A DNA stretch of 32,000 nt from Zestosphaera tikiterensis (GTDB lineage: Archaea; Thermoproteota; Thermoprotei_A; Sulfolobales; NBVN01): positions 120,001 through 152,000 of the forward strand of contig NBVN01000004.1 in assembly GCA_003056265.1 (NCBI GenBank). The letters run 5' to 3'. The notes under the pieces were generated by a model. That model was given only the letters and a program-made list of their open reading frames with translations, did not search any database and was not told where the DNA came from. Position 1 is the first letter of the stretch, and each line of letters opens with the position of its first letter. The translations under genes were made by a program, and so were the position numbers. Below, in pieces: positions 1-8,232 of this stretch.

Positions 1-198
1 ATCCGGTGCTATTACATCATAATCCTCATCTACGTAATCAAGAACTATCCTCCATATGTCTGAAGACAGCATATTACCATGTATCAGAACCAACGCTTTC
101 CTACGTCCTCTTCCCACAAGTTTATAATTTAAAGCGCACTTAGATAGCTTTACTTTTCTCTCTATAAATTGAGTGCGAGGGTAAATGGAAATTTCCAT
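1..198 (-). CDS. alpha/beta-fold hydrolase, N-terminal part (gene runs off the left edge)
   Basis: Manual minus-strand translation from the ATG (rc of 196-198) gives MEISIYPRTQFIERKVKLSKCALNYKLVGRGRRKALVLIHGNMLSSDIWRIVLDYVDEDYDVIAPD. The LVLIHG...W...L...Y.VIAPD pattern is the beta3/oxyanion-hole region typical of alpha/beta hydrolases. It is absent from the ORF track because it is truncated by the window edge. Confidence 0.55.
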   Translation of the reverse strand, partial: MEISIYPRTQFIERKVKLSKCALNYKLVGRGRRKALVLIHGNMLSSDIWRIVLDYVDEDYDVIAPD

Positions 199-480
199 AC
201 CCCCAGACCTCTATTCTTCACTCTTTTGTGATTAGTTTAATGTTTAAAATATTTTTCGGTTAATTATGCTTCACAAGACCTTAATTCAGCGATAATGAGC
301 TTTATTTAGGGGGATCCATTACATCATGTGAGGCCACGCACTTTAATCTGCTTGCTAGCAAGCCTTTACATAAACGCTCTACTTCATCAATACCTAGCCT
401 AACTTAGATCTTTCCTACATCTTTAATAACGTAGTATAAGTAACCTAACAAAACGTATAAAACCCTAGAGGGGAAACTGA

Positions 481-500
481 CTTTCATCGTTTGATGAAAG
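481..500 (-). terminator. 8-bp hairpin directly 3' of tRNA-Arg(GCG), followed by T-runs on the minus strand
   Basis: CTTTCATC-gttt-GATGAAAG is a perfect 8-bp inverted repeat 5 nt beyond the tRNA 3' end. The minus strand further downstream reads ...GGGTTTTATACGTTTTGTT, and oligo-T runs are archaeal termination signals. Confidence 0.25.
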
Positions 501-505
501 TTTAG

Positions 506-580
506 CGGGCCCGCCGGGATTTGAACCCGGGATCTCCGGCTCCGCAGGCCGGCGCCTTATCCTGGCTAGGCCACGGGCCC
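506..580 (-). tRNA. tRNA-Arg (anticodon GCG), no intron, CCA not encoded
   Basis: The reverse complement folds as a cloverleaf: GGGCCCG-TG-GCCT-AGCCAGGATA-AGGC-G-CCGGC-CTGCGGA-GCCGG-AGATC-CCGGG-TTCAAAT-CCCGG-CGGGCCC-G. All four stems are fully Watson-Crick paired. The anticodon loop CU-GCG-GA gives anticodon GCG. Confidence 0.93.
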
Positions 581-675
581 TCAAACCGTATTACATTTAG
601 TGTTTCTGCTTTAATGTTTTTACATGGTTTTTCATTTATCGTTATGTGGAGTTGTTGTTATTAAGGTCTTACTTC

Positions 676-688
676 TTTTAAGTTTTTA
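676..688 (+). promoter_or_regulatory. TATA-like box for the DNA polymerase gene
   Basis: TTTTAAGTTTTTA lies about 15-25 nt upstream of the ATG at 702. This fits a short-leader or leaderless crenarchaeal promoter. Confidence 0.3.
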
Positions 689-701
689 CGGGAGTGGGTT
701 A

Positions 702-3410
702 ATGCCCTTCAAGAACGTTAAGCATAGGAAGTTAACTGACTACGTCGTTAATAATAATGCTAGCGCCAGTAGTAATAAGGTAACGCAATCATCGAACGTT
801 GTTGTAGTTCACGGCAAGGTCTTTAAGTATGTAGTTAAGTCTAGCGACGTTAATCGATATTCACTTACATCAAGTAAGTTTGAGATCGTTACTTCCGTAC
901 CGCCTGCGTATCTACTTGGGTCTTACTACGACGGCAGTGCTAGGAAGGCTTTTCTTAAGTTTTACGACGATAAAGAAGATAAGGTTTATGTGTGGTTTGA
1001 TCAAACAGGCCACATGCCCTACTTCCTTACTGACGTACCACTTAATAAACTACTTGAGAAAAGCAAGCTTGTTAAGGATCCTTCGTTTGAAAGGCTAGAA
1101 CAGGTTAAGAAGTACGATTTACTTAGGGGTAGGGAAGTAGCACTAACTAAAGTTGTCGTTAAAGACCCTCTGGCAGTTCCTAAGCTTAGGAGTTTAACAG
1201 GTAGCGCGTGGGAAGCTAAGATAAAATACCACGATAACTACGTATTCGACAATAAGTTAGTTCCCGGCATGAGATATAGAGTTAATGGGAAGGGCTTCTA
1301 CGAAGTTAGGGATGAAATCCCTGAAAACGTTATTAAGTTATATAAAGACGCTGTAGGTCAAGATAAAGAACTTCTAGAATTTGCTTTAAGACTAGCTCCG
1401 TTGTTTGAGGAGAAACCCCCGAAAATGAGGAGGTTGGCTGTCGATATAGAGGTTTACACACCGGTAAGGAGTAGGGTTCCCGACCCAGATAAAGCAAGCT
1501 ACCCTATAATCAGCGTTTCCTTAGTTTCTTCAGACGGGCTAAAGAAGGTTTTAGTCCTCGCTCGTGACTCCCTTAAGTTAGGGAGTCCCGACATAACGAC
1601 GTGGAAGGATGTGGAGGTAGAGATTTTCGATAACGAAAGGGATCTACTACTTGAAGTCTTTAGAGTTATTAACTCATACCCGTTAATACTTACTTTCAAC
1701 GGAGACAGTTTCGACTTACCGTACCTACATAACAGGGCTTTAGAGTTAGGAATCAAGCCTGAGGAGATACCTATAAAGAACGTTAGAGATTTCGTAAGCG
1801 TTAACCACGGCTTCCACATAGACCTTTATAGGTTTTTCAGTATAGAAGCTATTCAAAACTATGCCTTCAGCCAAGCCTACAAAGAGAAAACCTTAGACGC
1901 AATAGCTCAAGCGTTGCTTGGGGAGTCTAAAGTAGTTATTGAAGAAAGTGTTAGCGATTTAACATTAGCGAAGTTAGTTGAATATAACCTTAAAGACGCT
2001 GAGCTAACCTTAAAATTAACTATGTTTAACAACGAACTCGTGTGGAAGCTCATAGTGTTGATTATGCGTTTAGCTAAGATGAGCTTAGAAGACGTGACTA
2101 GACGTAAAGTATCTGCTTGGGTTAAAAACCTCATGTATTGGGAACATAGGTTTAGAGGGTATCTAATACCTAATAAAGAAGAGCTGGAGCAACTTAAGGG
2201 AGGGGTTAAAACCTCAGCTAAGATAGACGGCAAGAGCTTCGCTGGCGCGATAGTTATAGATCCGATACCCGGTGTTTACTTCAGAGCGTTGGTGTTAGAC
2301 TTCGCGTCACTATACCCCAGCATAATAAAAGTCTGGAATTTAAGCTATGAAACCGTTGACCCGCCTCAGGGGTGGTGTTCAGAAAAAGATCTTGTGGACG
2401 TTAAAGACGAGAAAGGCGTTACATTACATAAAGTCTGCACAAGTAAGAAAGGCATAACGTCAACGATTGTTGGATTACTAAGGGATTTTAGGGTTAGAGT
2501 CTATAAAAAACTGGCTAAGCAGTCTCAAGACGAAGAACTTAAGAGCTGGTATGACGTAGTTCAAAAAGCTATGAAGGTATATATAAACGCTAGCTACGGC
2601 GTTTTCGGACATACGTCATTCCCGTTCTATACACCATCTTTAGCGGAGTCAGTAACAGCCTTAGGTAGGTATGTCATAACCACCACAATAAATAAAGCGA
2701 AAAGCCTGGGGTTAAGGGTTCTATATGGAGATACGGATTCACTTTTCCTATGGGATCCGGACGAGAAGAAACTTAACGAACTTATAGAATGGGTTGAAAC
2801 CGAGTTAAATCTAGAGATAGAGCAAGACAAGGTCTACAAATACGTTGCCTTTGCTTTAAAGAAGAACTACTTAGGGGTTCTTGAAGATGGGAAGATAGAT
2901 ATTAAAGGTTTAGTAGGTAAGAAGAAAAACGTACCTAAACTCATTCAGGAATCCTTCGCTAGAGTTGTTGATTTAGTTAAGAACATAGAGGAGAATGCCG
3001 AATCTCTAGAAAGAGTTAAGGAGGAGATAAGAAAAGAGGTTAAGAACCTTTACCAAAGACTCAAAAATAAGGACTTCACATTAGACGAGGTAGCTTTTAA
3101 AACAACCCTCACTAAAGACTTAAACTCCTACAATAAGACTACGCCGATACACGTTAAGGCAGCGCTTCAACTAACGAAAAACGGGGTCTCCATAGGTAGA
3201 GGGGAGACGATCCTGTACATTAAAACTAGGACTAAGGATAAAGTTAAGCCAGTACAACTAGCTAAAGTAGATGATATAGACGTTGTGGAGTATTTAGAAG
3301 CTGCTAAATCGGTCTTCCAACAATTGCTAACGCCTTTTAACATCCCTTGGGAGGAGATAGCGGGTACAACGGGTTTAACGCAATTTAAGTTAGGGAATCA
3401 TGCCACCTAA
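702..3410 (+). CDS. polB: family B DNA polymerase (crenarchaeal PolB1/Dpo1-like replicative polymerase)
   Basis: Exonuclease motifs are present: Exo I LAVDIEVY, Exo II FNGDSFDLPYL, Exo III YNLKDAELT. Polymerase motifs are present: A LDFASLYPSII, B KVYINASYGVFG, C YGDTDS. Length is about 900 aa with no intein. The track ORF opens at 624, but its first 26 codons are hydrophobic junk. The ATG at 702 (MPFKNVKHRK...) follows a TATA-like box, so 702 is the preferred start. Confidence 0.95.
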   Translation: MPFKNVKHRKLTDYVVNNNASASSNKVTQSSNVVVVHGKVFKYVVKSSDVNRYSLTSSKFEIVTSVPPAYLLGSYYDGSARKAFLKFYDDKEDKVYVWFDQTGHMPYFLTDVPLNKLLEKSKLVKDPSFERLEQVKKYDLLRGREVALTKVVVKDPLAVPKLRSLTGSAWEAKIKYHDNYVFDNKLVPGMRYRVNGKGFYEVRDEIPENVIKLYKDAVGQDKELLEFALRLAPLFEEKPPKMRRLAVDIEVYTPVRSRVPDPDKASYPIISVSLVSSDGLKKVLVLARDSLKLGSPDITTWKDVEVEIFDNERDLLLEVFRVINSYPLILTFNGDSFDLPYLHNRALELGIKPEEIPIKNVRDFVSVNHGFHIDLYRFFSIEAIQNYAFSQAYKEKTLDAIAQALLGESKVVIEESVSDLTLAKLVEYNLKDAELTLKLTMFNNELVWKLIVLIMRLAKMSLEDVTRRKVSAWVKNLMYWEHRFRGYLIPNKEELEQLKGGVKTSAKIDGKSFAGAIVIDPIPGVYFRALVLDFASLYPSIIKVWNLSYETVDPPQGWCSEKDLVDVKDEKGVTLHKVCTSKKGITSTIVGLLRDFRVRVYKKLAKQSQDEELKSWYDVVQKAMKVYINASYGVFGHTSFPFYTPSLAESVTALGRYVITTTINKAKSLGLRVLYGDTDSLFLWDPDEKKLNELIEWVETELNLEIEQDKVYKYVAFALKKNYLGVLEDGKIDIKGLVGKKKNVPKLIQESFARVVDLVKNIEENAESLERVKEEIRKEVKNLYQRLKNKDFTLDEVAFKTTLTKDLNSYNKTTPIHVKAALQLTKNGVSIGRGETILYIKTRTKDKVKPVQLAKVDDIDVVEYLEAAKSVFQQLLTPFNIPWEEIAGTTGLTQFKLGNHAT

Positions 3411-4172
3411 TTCACGGAGTTTCTGCTTTAATTCAGCTACTATATTATCAAGTACCTCAGCAGCTTTACTTTCGTCAGCGTCTGAAACTAGGATGTAAAC
3501 ATCCAGCACTGGCTTACCTAATTCGTATCCTTTAGGGTGGGTTTTCACGTAAGCTGAGGGGTAGTCTTTAAGAACTTCAACAACGGCTTTAGCGGCTGTA
3601 GACTCCGGTATCCCTACGACCGTAAACGTGGTCTCAACTAAGGCTTTACTAACGCCTAAGCTTTTGAGTTTAGGTTCTACGTAGGATTCCCACATAGCTT
3701 CCATCTCCTGCGGTACGCCTGGAAGAGAGAAGATTAAAGTCTCACCAACTGTTATGAAACAGCCAGGTGCCGTACCTATCGGGTTATGTATTGGAACACC
3801 GTCTTCAGGCATTAAAGCCATCTTTACTCTCTCATTTGTAAGTGGCAAACCTATGGAATCGTACTTACTTTTAATCATGGCTAACGCTGCTTGGTTTAAA
3901 ACAAGCTTCCTATCTAACGCTTTAGCTATAGCTTCGAGGGTTCTATCGTCATATGTAGGTCCTAAACCACCTGTAGTGACTATCAAACGTGGTTTTAACG
4001 AAAGTACATACCTTAAAACCTCAGATATTAGGTTTACGTCATCTATGAGTGAGATATTGCCTAAGACATTAAACCCAAGTAGGGTTAACCTCCTACCGAT
4101 ATATGCGGCGTTAGTGTTTAGAACTCTGCCATGAACGACCTCATTACCTAACGTAAACACCCACGCATTCAT
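3390..4172 (-). CDS. CinA-N/MoCF-binding domain protein (COG1058-like)
   Basis: The N-terminus GNEVVHGRVLNTNAAYIGRRLTLLGFNV and the motif TTGGLGPTYDDRT are signatures of the MoaB/MogA/CinA-N molybdopterin-binding fold. The 3' end overlaps polB convergently by 21 nt. Confidence 0.75.
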   Translation of the reverse strand: MNAWVFTLGNEVVHGRVLNTNAAYIGRRLTLLGFNVLGNISLIDDVNLISEVLRYVLSLKPRLIVTTGGLGPTYDDRTLEAIAKALDRKLVLNQAALAMIKSKYDSIGLPLTNERVKMALMPEDGVPIHNPIGTAPGCFITVGETLIFSLPGVPQEMEAMWESYVEPKLKSLGVSKALVETTFTVVGIPESTAAKAVVEVLKDYPSAYVKTHPKGYELGKPVLDVYILVSDADESKAAEVLDNIVAELKQKLRELGGMIP

Positions 4173-4175
4173 GCC

Positions 4176-4772
4176 TTAACCACCTACATTACCTAAGACG
4201 TAAACCACCCTTTGAAAAATCGTAAGTATGTTTAATACCGTACCTATGTAGAGAGTTAATGTAGCGAAATACGTATACTTTAAAGCTATTAAAAATAAAC
4301 AAAGCAAAAGAAGTAAGCCCCTCTCACCCCTCTCCATTAAGCCAACGCCCTCCATCCTAACACTGTTCTTCTCGCCTAAAGCACGTAAGTAACTCACTAT
4401 ATGAGACGTACCCATAAACGTTAAGCAAGCGATTAAATCAACCCCTAGGAAACCCAATGAAATCACGTAATTCAACTCTTCAACCCTATCGGATATTGAA
4501 TCCAGCAAAGCACCTTTAACGCTAACTTTATTTGAAGCTCGAGCTACGGCACCATCTAAAACATCAGCAAGTAAGGATATTACGTAAAGAAGTAGAACTA
4601 AAAGGACTTGATTAAACGCAGCTAAAAATAAAGAAACAAAACTTAAACTTAAGCCAGTTAAAGTTATAACGTTGGGAGCCATACCAATGTTTGAGAGAGC
4701 TTTACCTATTGAGTTCAACGTCGGGTTCAAAAACCTCCTAAGCCTATTCAACATGCCGTTATCGCACACCAA
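4176..4772 (-). CDS. CDP-alcohol phosphatidyltransferase (archaeal polar-lipid head-group transferase)
   Basis: The motif D-x2-DG-x2-AR-x8-G-x3-D-x3-D is present as DVLDGAVARASNKVSVKGALLDSISD. The protein is multi-TM and about 190-198 aa. An alternative start is Met7 at 4754. It lies 3 nt downstream-coupled to the CinA-like gene. Confidence 0.85.
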   Translation of the reverse strand: MVCDNGMLNRLRRFLNPTLNSIGKALSNIGMAPNVITLTGLSLSFVSLFLAAFNQVLLVLLLYVISLLADVLDGAVARASNKVSVKGALLDSISDRVEELNYVISLGFLGVDLIACLTFMGTSHIVSYLRALGEKNSVRMEGVGLMERGERGLLLLLCLFLIALKYTYFATLTLYIGTVLNILTIFQRVVYVLGNVGG

Positions 4773-4828
4773 GTTAATTTCTGCATATTTATGCTTATAA
4801 ATATATAGTACATCCTATACTCCAATCC

Positions 4829-4915
4829 TTACATTTTCACCTCTCGATTACCTCCTGCATTCCGACAACTCCATCTATTCATTTTCAACGGCTCAAACCC
4901 TACCTTCAGGTTTAC
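4829..4915 (+). repeat. degenerate intergenic repeat related to 24368-24490
   Basis: By-eye alignment pairs ...TTTTCACCTCTCGATTACCTCCTGCATTCCGACAACTCCATCTATTCATTTTC... with ...TTTTCAGTCATTCTCAATTATTCCCCCGCATTCCAATGACTCTGGCCATCTATCATATTC... at 24368-24430. Identity is roughly two-thirds. Confidence 0.4.
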
Positions 4916-5038
4916 TACTATACAGTCTCGAAAACATTGATGGCTCTATACTGAGAATTGCGGCTATGAAATCGGCAAAACATTAGTTGTCGAATTACAG
5001 GTAAAAGATATTATCCTTAAATTACAAAGTTTAAGTGG

Positions 5039-5087
5039 ATGTTGAAGAATCCGGGAACTGAGTAGTGATGTACGCATACTATTCTGA
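5039..5087 (+). ncRNA. candidate C/D-box sRNA (degenerate C/C' boxes, canonical 12-nt spacers)
   Basis: The layout is ATGTTGA-(12 nt AGAATCCGGGAA)-CTGA-(GTA)-GTGATGT-(12 nt ACGCATACTATT)-CTGA. Both D-type boxes are perfect and both guide spacers are exactly 12 nt. The C box has one mismatch (A4->U) and the C' box one (A7->U). Confidence 0.45.
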
Positions 5088-5126
5088 AAACTTTTAAATA
5101 TTAGCTTAACGCATTAACATAGTAAG

Positions 5127-5453
5127 GTGGTAAATGTGGGTAGGGTGAGGAAAATAGTGTTAGTTACTGAGCAGGGACATCCCCTCCATAACCACTTCAA
5201 TAAGATAGCTAATAGGCTTTCGAAGGAACTTAACGTGGAATTAGAACTTAAGTATGGCGACTACGTGTTTGTCACACAGTATGGAGATACGGATGATTTA
5301 GGGCTTACATGGCTACCTCAAATGTTTGCGGAGTTAGAAGATGGTAGCGTAGTTAAAGTACTTACTCAACCTAACTTGACTGATATGGGTTATCTAGATG
5401 AAGAAAAAGATTATAAAGCCGCGTTAGAAGCGCTTAAGCCCTACATTCAATAG
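5127..5453 (+). CDS. hypothetical small protein (possibly a thioredoxin-like fold lacking CxxC)
   Basis: The ORF has a GTG start at 5127. An in-frame GTG at 5136 sits 5-6 nt after AAGGTGG and may be the real start. I recognise no motif. The thioredoxin-fold suggestion rests only on the KIVLVT...WLPQMF pattern and is weak. Confidence 0.5.
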   Translation: MVNVGRVRKIVLVTEQGHPLHNHFNKIANRLSKELNVELELKYGDYVFVTQYGDTDDLGLTWLPQMFAELEDGSVVKVLTQPNLTDMGYLDEEKDYKAALEALKPYIQ

Positions 5454-5461
5454 GTGGTTCT

Positions 5462-5794
5462 TTGAAATCCATCGTAGTGAATGTTAAGAAAGGCAGAAAA
5501 GTAAGTGAGGAAGTTTACGAAGGAGCAGTAAATGAGGTAGTTAAAGAAGTTATTTTAAAGGTCTTACCTCTTTGGCGTCCTGAAGATTCAGACTTAATAG
5601 TTACAAAACACCATATCACAGAGCTTGTGGGCAACGTTAAAGAAGATTTCCACGTATACGTCATAAGCTTTTCAAGTACGTGGGTAGGCGATGAATTAAT
5701 AGAAGAGGAGATCATTGCTGTATTCCCGCAAGTTAGTAAAGAACTGCAGTCGCAAATAGAACAGACTTTATTAGCTTACAGCTTAAGCGAGTGA
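5462..5794 (+). CDS. hypothetical small acidic protein, co-transcribed with 5127-5453
   Basis: A TTG start lies 8 nt after the upstream stop and is preceded by AGGTGG (SD-like). This fits an internal operon gene. No recognisable motifs. Confidence 0.5.
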   Translation: MKSIVVNVKKGRKVSEEVYEGAVNEVVKEVILKVLPLWRPEDSDLIVTKHHITELVGNVKEDFHVYVISFSSTWVGDELIEEEIIAVFPQVSKELQSQIEQTLLAYSLSE

Positions 5795-5996
5795 TTCATA
5801 CCTTATGCGTTTAGGCCTCTAGAGAGAGTAGAGTACGTTAGATAAAGTAGTGAAAACCTTAGCTGGAGATAGAAGGATGAGAAACCACTAAGGCTTATTG
5901 CAAAGTCTTGGCTGCACATCGATCCACTCCTCAAGCATTATAGCGGATGAATAACTGGCATTACAGTTGACGTATAGTGTTGTAGCGAGGTGATAT

Positions 5997-6034
5997 CATC
6001 CCCACCATAAATGACGGGACTTTCAGTTGCAAGC
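5997..6034 (-). repeat. degenerate copy of the TnpB-element left end (LE-like terminus)
   Basis: The plus strand CATCCCCACCATAAATGACGGGACTTTCAGTTGCAAGC aligns with CTTACCCTCACCTTAAAACGAGGCTTTCAGCTGTAAAT (24550-24587) and with the complement of the IS left end at 14159-14200. Confidence 0.45.
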
Positions 6035-6064
6035 TTTTAAGTTTGTAATCAACTAACTTATTGA

Positions 6065-6115
6065 ATGATGAATGGTGTCCTATCATTGACTGGTGATTTA
6101 TGGACCACTAGCTGA
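6065..6115 (+). ncRNA. candidate C/D-box sRNA overlapping the 3' end of the convergent gene
   Basis: The layout is ATGATGA-(14 nt)-TTGA-(CTG)-GTGATTT-(12 nt ATGGACCACTAG)-CTGA. The C and D boxes are perfect and the D guide is exactly 12 nt. The C'/D' boxes are degenerate and the D' spacer is 14 rather than 12 nt. Confidence 0.35.
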
Positions 6116-8150
6116 TACCTTTACGGACGGTTTCTAACCCCGTATCGGTTTTGCTAATATAGGTCCCTCTCAGGAACTCATCTATCCCTTCATACGCTGG
6201 TTGCGTTCCTTCATTACTCACTTTAGTTTCCTTCTTCTTAGTTAAAGCGTGTAGTATTGAAGCTAGTGAGTCTTTCTTACGTGGTCTGCTTCGTGGATTT
6301 CCTAGAAGTTGAGTTACTAGGTTTTTCTCAACTAAAACTTCAGATATAGGACATACGTTAATACATACTCCGCAACCTTTGCATGTTTTGTCATTAACTT
6401 TAGGTTTGCCCTCACTTATAGTTATGGCCTTTTGAGGGCACCACGTTACGCAGTTTCCGCACTTAACGCAGGTAAACCATCTAACAACTAACTTAAGTAG
6501 AGTTACGGCGTCTTCGAAAGCGTTATGCGAGTAGACCTCAATGCTTTCCTTCTTAATTAATGCCTCACCGTATTGAAGCCTTAGCTTAACCTCATCTTCA
6601 TGAACCGCTATCGCCTTACCAACGACTTTCCATTGATCGACGACGCTCCTTAAGTTTATGTGGGGCTCCACCTTAACTATCACTCTATCGCTTAGCTTAT
6701 CTCCCGAAATTAAATCTACTTTGAATCCAGACCTTCTCACGTATTCCTCACGCCAGGTGAGGTCGTTCCTTAACCTCAACCATCCCTCAACCCTCTTCCT
6801 CCCTTGAGCTTGAGGATTATGCCATCTCCAAATGTGGTACTTAACGCAATGATCGCTTAAGCCCACTCTTCCACACCAGGTCTTGAGGAACTTCTCCCAC
6901 GCCATCCATAATTCAGGATGTTTTCTACTGATTTCATGGTATTCAGCTACGTTTGCCGCTGGGCATAGGTAACACCCAAGCCTTTCAAAGCCTTCATAGT
7001 AAAGCTTATTGACGGGTAGTTTTCTATCCATTATATAAGCCCATAAAGTTAACTGATCCCAGTCTTGAATAGGTGATATTGATAGAACCTCAGGCAACCA
7101 TTTATTCCTCCAAACACCTCCAGACCAAGACCTATCTATAGATTCGAAAGCTCTTTGCCCAACAACCGAGAGCACACCTTGCGGGTATAAACTCTTGAAA
7201 ACCTTAGCTATAGGAGCAAGCTTAACCACCTTACAACACCACCTATAGTCTTTAGCTGGAGGGCCAAACACTTCAACAGCTTCCCAAAAGCTTCTTTCAG
7301 GTTTAGCTATCAACAACTTAAGCCCGTACGTGGTAGCTACGTTCTCTACATTCTCTATAGTTTCAGGTAATTCCAACCCGGTATCGTTGAAAAGCATAGT
7401 AGGTTCTAAACCAGCCCTTAAAACCACGTCTAAAACAGCTAGTGAGTCCTTACCTCCGGAGTAGGAAACAACTAGAGGTAGTTTAGTCTTCTCGTACATG
7501 ATTGAAGCGTGTTTAACCGCTCTGGAAATTTTAGACCTGAACCATAAGTCGTTAGCTTTAATGAACTCTAAGAAGGGGGTCCTAACCTTAAACGGTTCTT
7601 GAAGACCCTCCTTAAATATGGACTGGATTCTAAACTTACCTTTCCTAACCACAGCTAAAGCTACAACATCCCCTGAAGAATTAAGCACTACTGCCTGTTC
7701 CCCCTCCCTCCCACCCTCACCAAGGACTTCTAAAGGTCTAACCTTACTTAATTTAAACCCCTTGACAAGGCCTTTCTCGTAAGCTACTACAGCGCTAAAC
7801 CTACTCAACCTCCACCTCCACTTCATCTCTATAGGATCGAAGTGAAGCCTCCCTACGACAGTACCGCCTACTATAACTTCCTTCATATCGTCTACATGCG
7901 GTATCTTATTAAGGTATGTAGTGCCTACGTCAAGCATTAAATCTTTAAGAAGCGATTCAGTTCCGAACTCGTTTACAATGCCTTCCCTAAAAAGTCTTAA
8001 ATCACCTTCAAACGCCGGCCTTAAATCCCCTGGCTCACCTATCCTTAACTCTAAGCCCTCACCGCCGCATCTCTGGCAGGTTCTCTGCCTTAAAGGCACG
8101 TTACAGTTAGGACACCAATACAGCCTTAACTTAATGCCCCACTCACGCAT
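6108..8150 (-). CDS. PAPS-reductase-family (PP-loop ATP pyrophosphatase) protein with N-terminal zinc ribbon and C-terminal 2x[4Fe-4S] ferredoxin domain
   Basis: The N-terminus has CPNC...CQRC. A PP-loop VVSYSGGKDS begins the PAPS-reductase-type core. Two ferredoxin motifs are present, CVKCGNCVTWCP and CKGCGVCINVCP, followed by a basic/hydrophilic tail. Confidence 0.8.
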   Translation of the reverse strand: MREWGIKLRLYWCPNCNVPLRQRTCQRCGGEGLELRIGEPGDLRPAFEGDLRLFREGIVNEFGTESLLKDLMLDVGTTYLNKIPHVDDMKEVIVGGTVVGRLHFDPIEMKWRWRLSRFSAVVAYEKGLVKGFKLSKVRPLEVLGEGGREGEQAVVLNSSGDVVALAVVRKGKFRIQSIFKEGLQEPFKVRTPFLEFIKANDLWFRSKISRAVKHASIMYEKTKLPLVVSYSGGKDSLAVLDVVLRAGLEPTMLFNDTGLELPETIENVENVATTYGLKLLIAKPERSFWEAVEVFGPPAKDYRWCCKVVKLAPIAKVFKSLYPQGVLSVVGQRAFESIDRSWSGGVWRNKWLPEVLSISPIQDWDQLTLWAYIMDRKLPVNKLYYEGFERLGCYLCPAANVAEYHEISRKHPELWMAWEKFLKTWCGRVGLSDHCVKYHIWRWHNPQAQGRKRVEGWLRLRNDLTWREEYVRRSGFKVDLISGDKLSDRVIVKVEPHINLRSVVDQWKVVGKAIAVHEDEVKLRLQYGEALIKKESIEVYSHNAFEDAVTLLKLVVRWFTCVKCGNCVTWCPQKAITISEGKPKVNDKTCKGCGVCINVCPISEVLVEKNLVTQLLGNPRSRPRKKDSLASILHALTKKKETKVSNEGTQPAYEGIDEFLRGTYISKTDTGLETVRKGIS

Positions 8151-8198
8151 CCTTCAAAGCCTTAAATTAAGAATAACTCAGAACTTATGAATTTAACA

Positions 8199-8208
8199 TT
8201 TTAAATAT
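8199..8208 (+). promoter_or_regulatory. TATA-like box for the membrane-protein cluster
   Basis: TTTTAAATAT ends 25 nt upstream of the ATG at 8233. This favours 8233 over the GTG at 8209 as the start, with a leaderless-type layout. Confidence 0.35.
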
Positions 8209-8232
8209 GTGGGTAGCTGTTTGGGTGTGTCG

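Noticed and set aside
624-701. The N-terminal 26 codons of the track's polB ORF (MVFHLSLCGVVVIKVLLLLSFYGSGL).
   Set aside because: This is a hydrophobic, low-complexity extension that overlaps the likely TATA box (676-688). The ATG at 702 gives a sensible PolB N-terminus.
880-2830. Short ORFs inside polB: 880-1098 (+), 1499-1819 (-), 1907-2233 (-) and 2627-2830 (-).
   Set aside because: They are shadow ORFs fully contained in a motif-verified polymerase gene. Their translations are Ser/Leu-rich with no motifs.
3390-3410. The 21-nt convergent overlap of the polB and CinA-like 3' ends as a sign of mis-annotation.
   Set aside because: Both ORFs have conserved C-terminal regions up to their stops, and short convergent overlaps are common in compact archaeal genomes.
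3754-4134. A 126-aa plus-strand ORF antisense to the CinA-like gene.
   Set aside because: It is contained within a better-supported CDS and has low-complexity composition.
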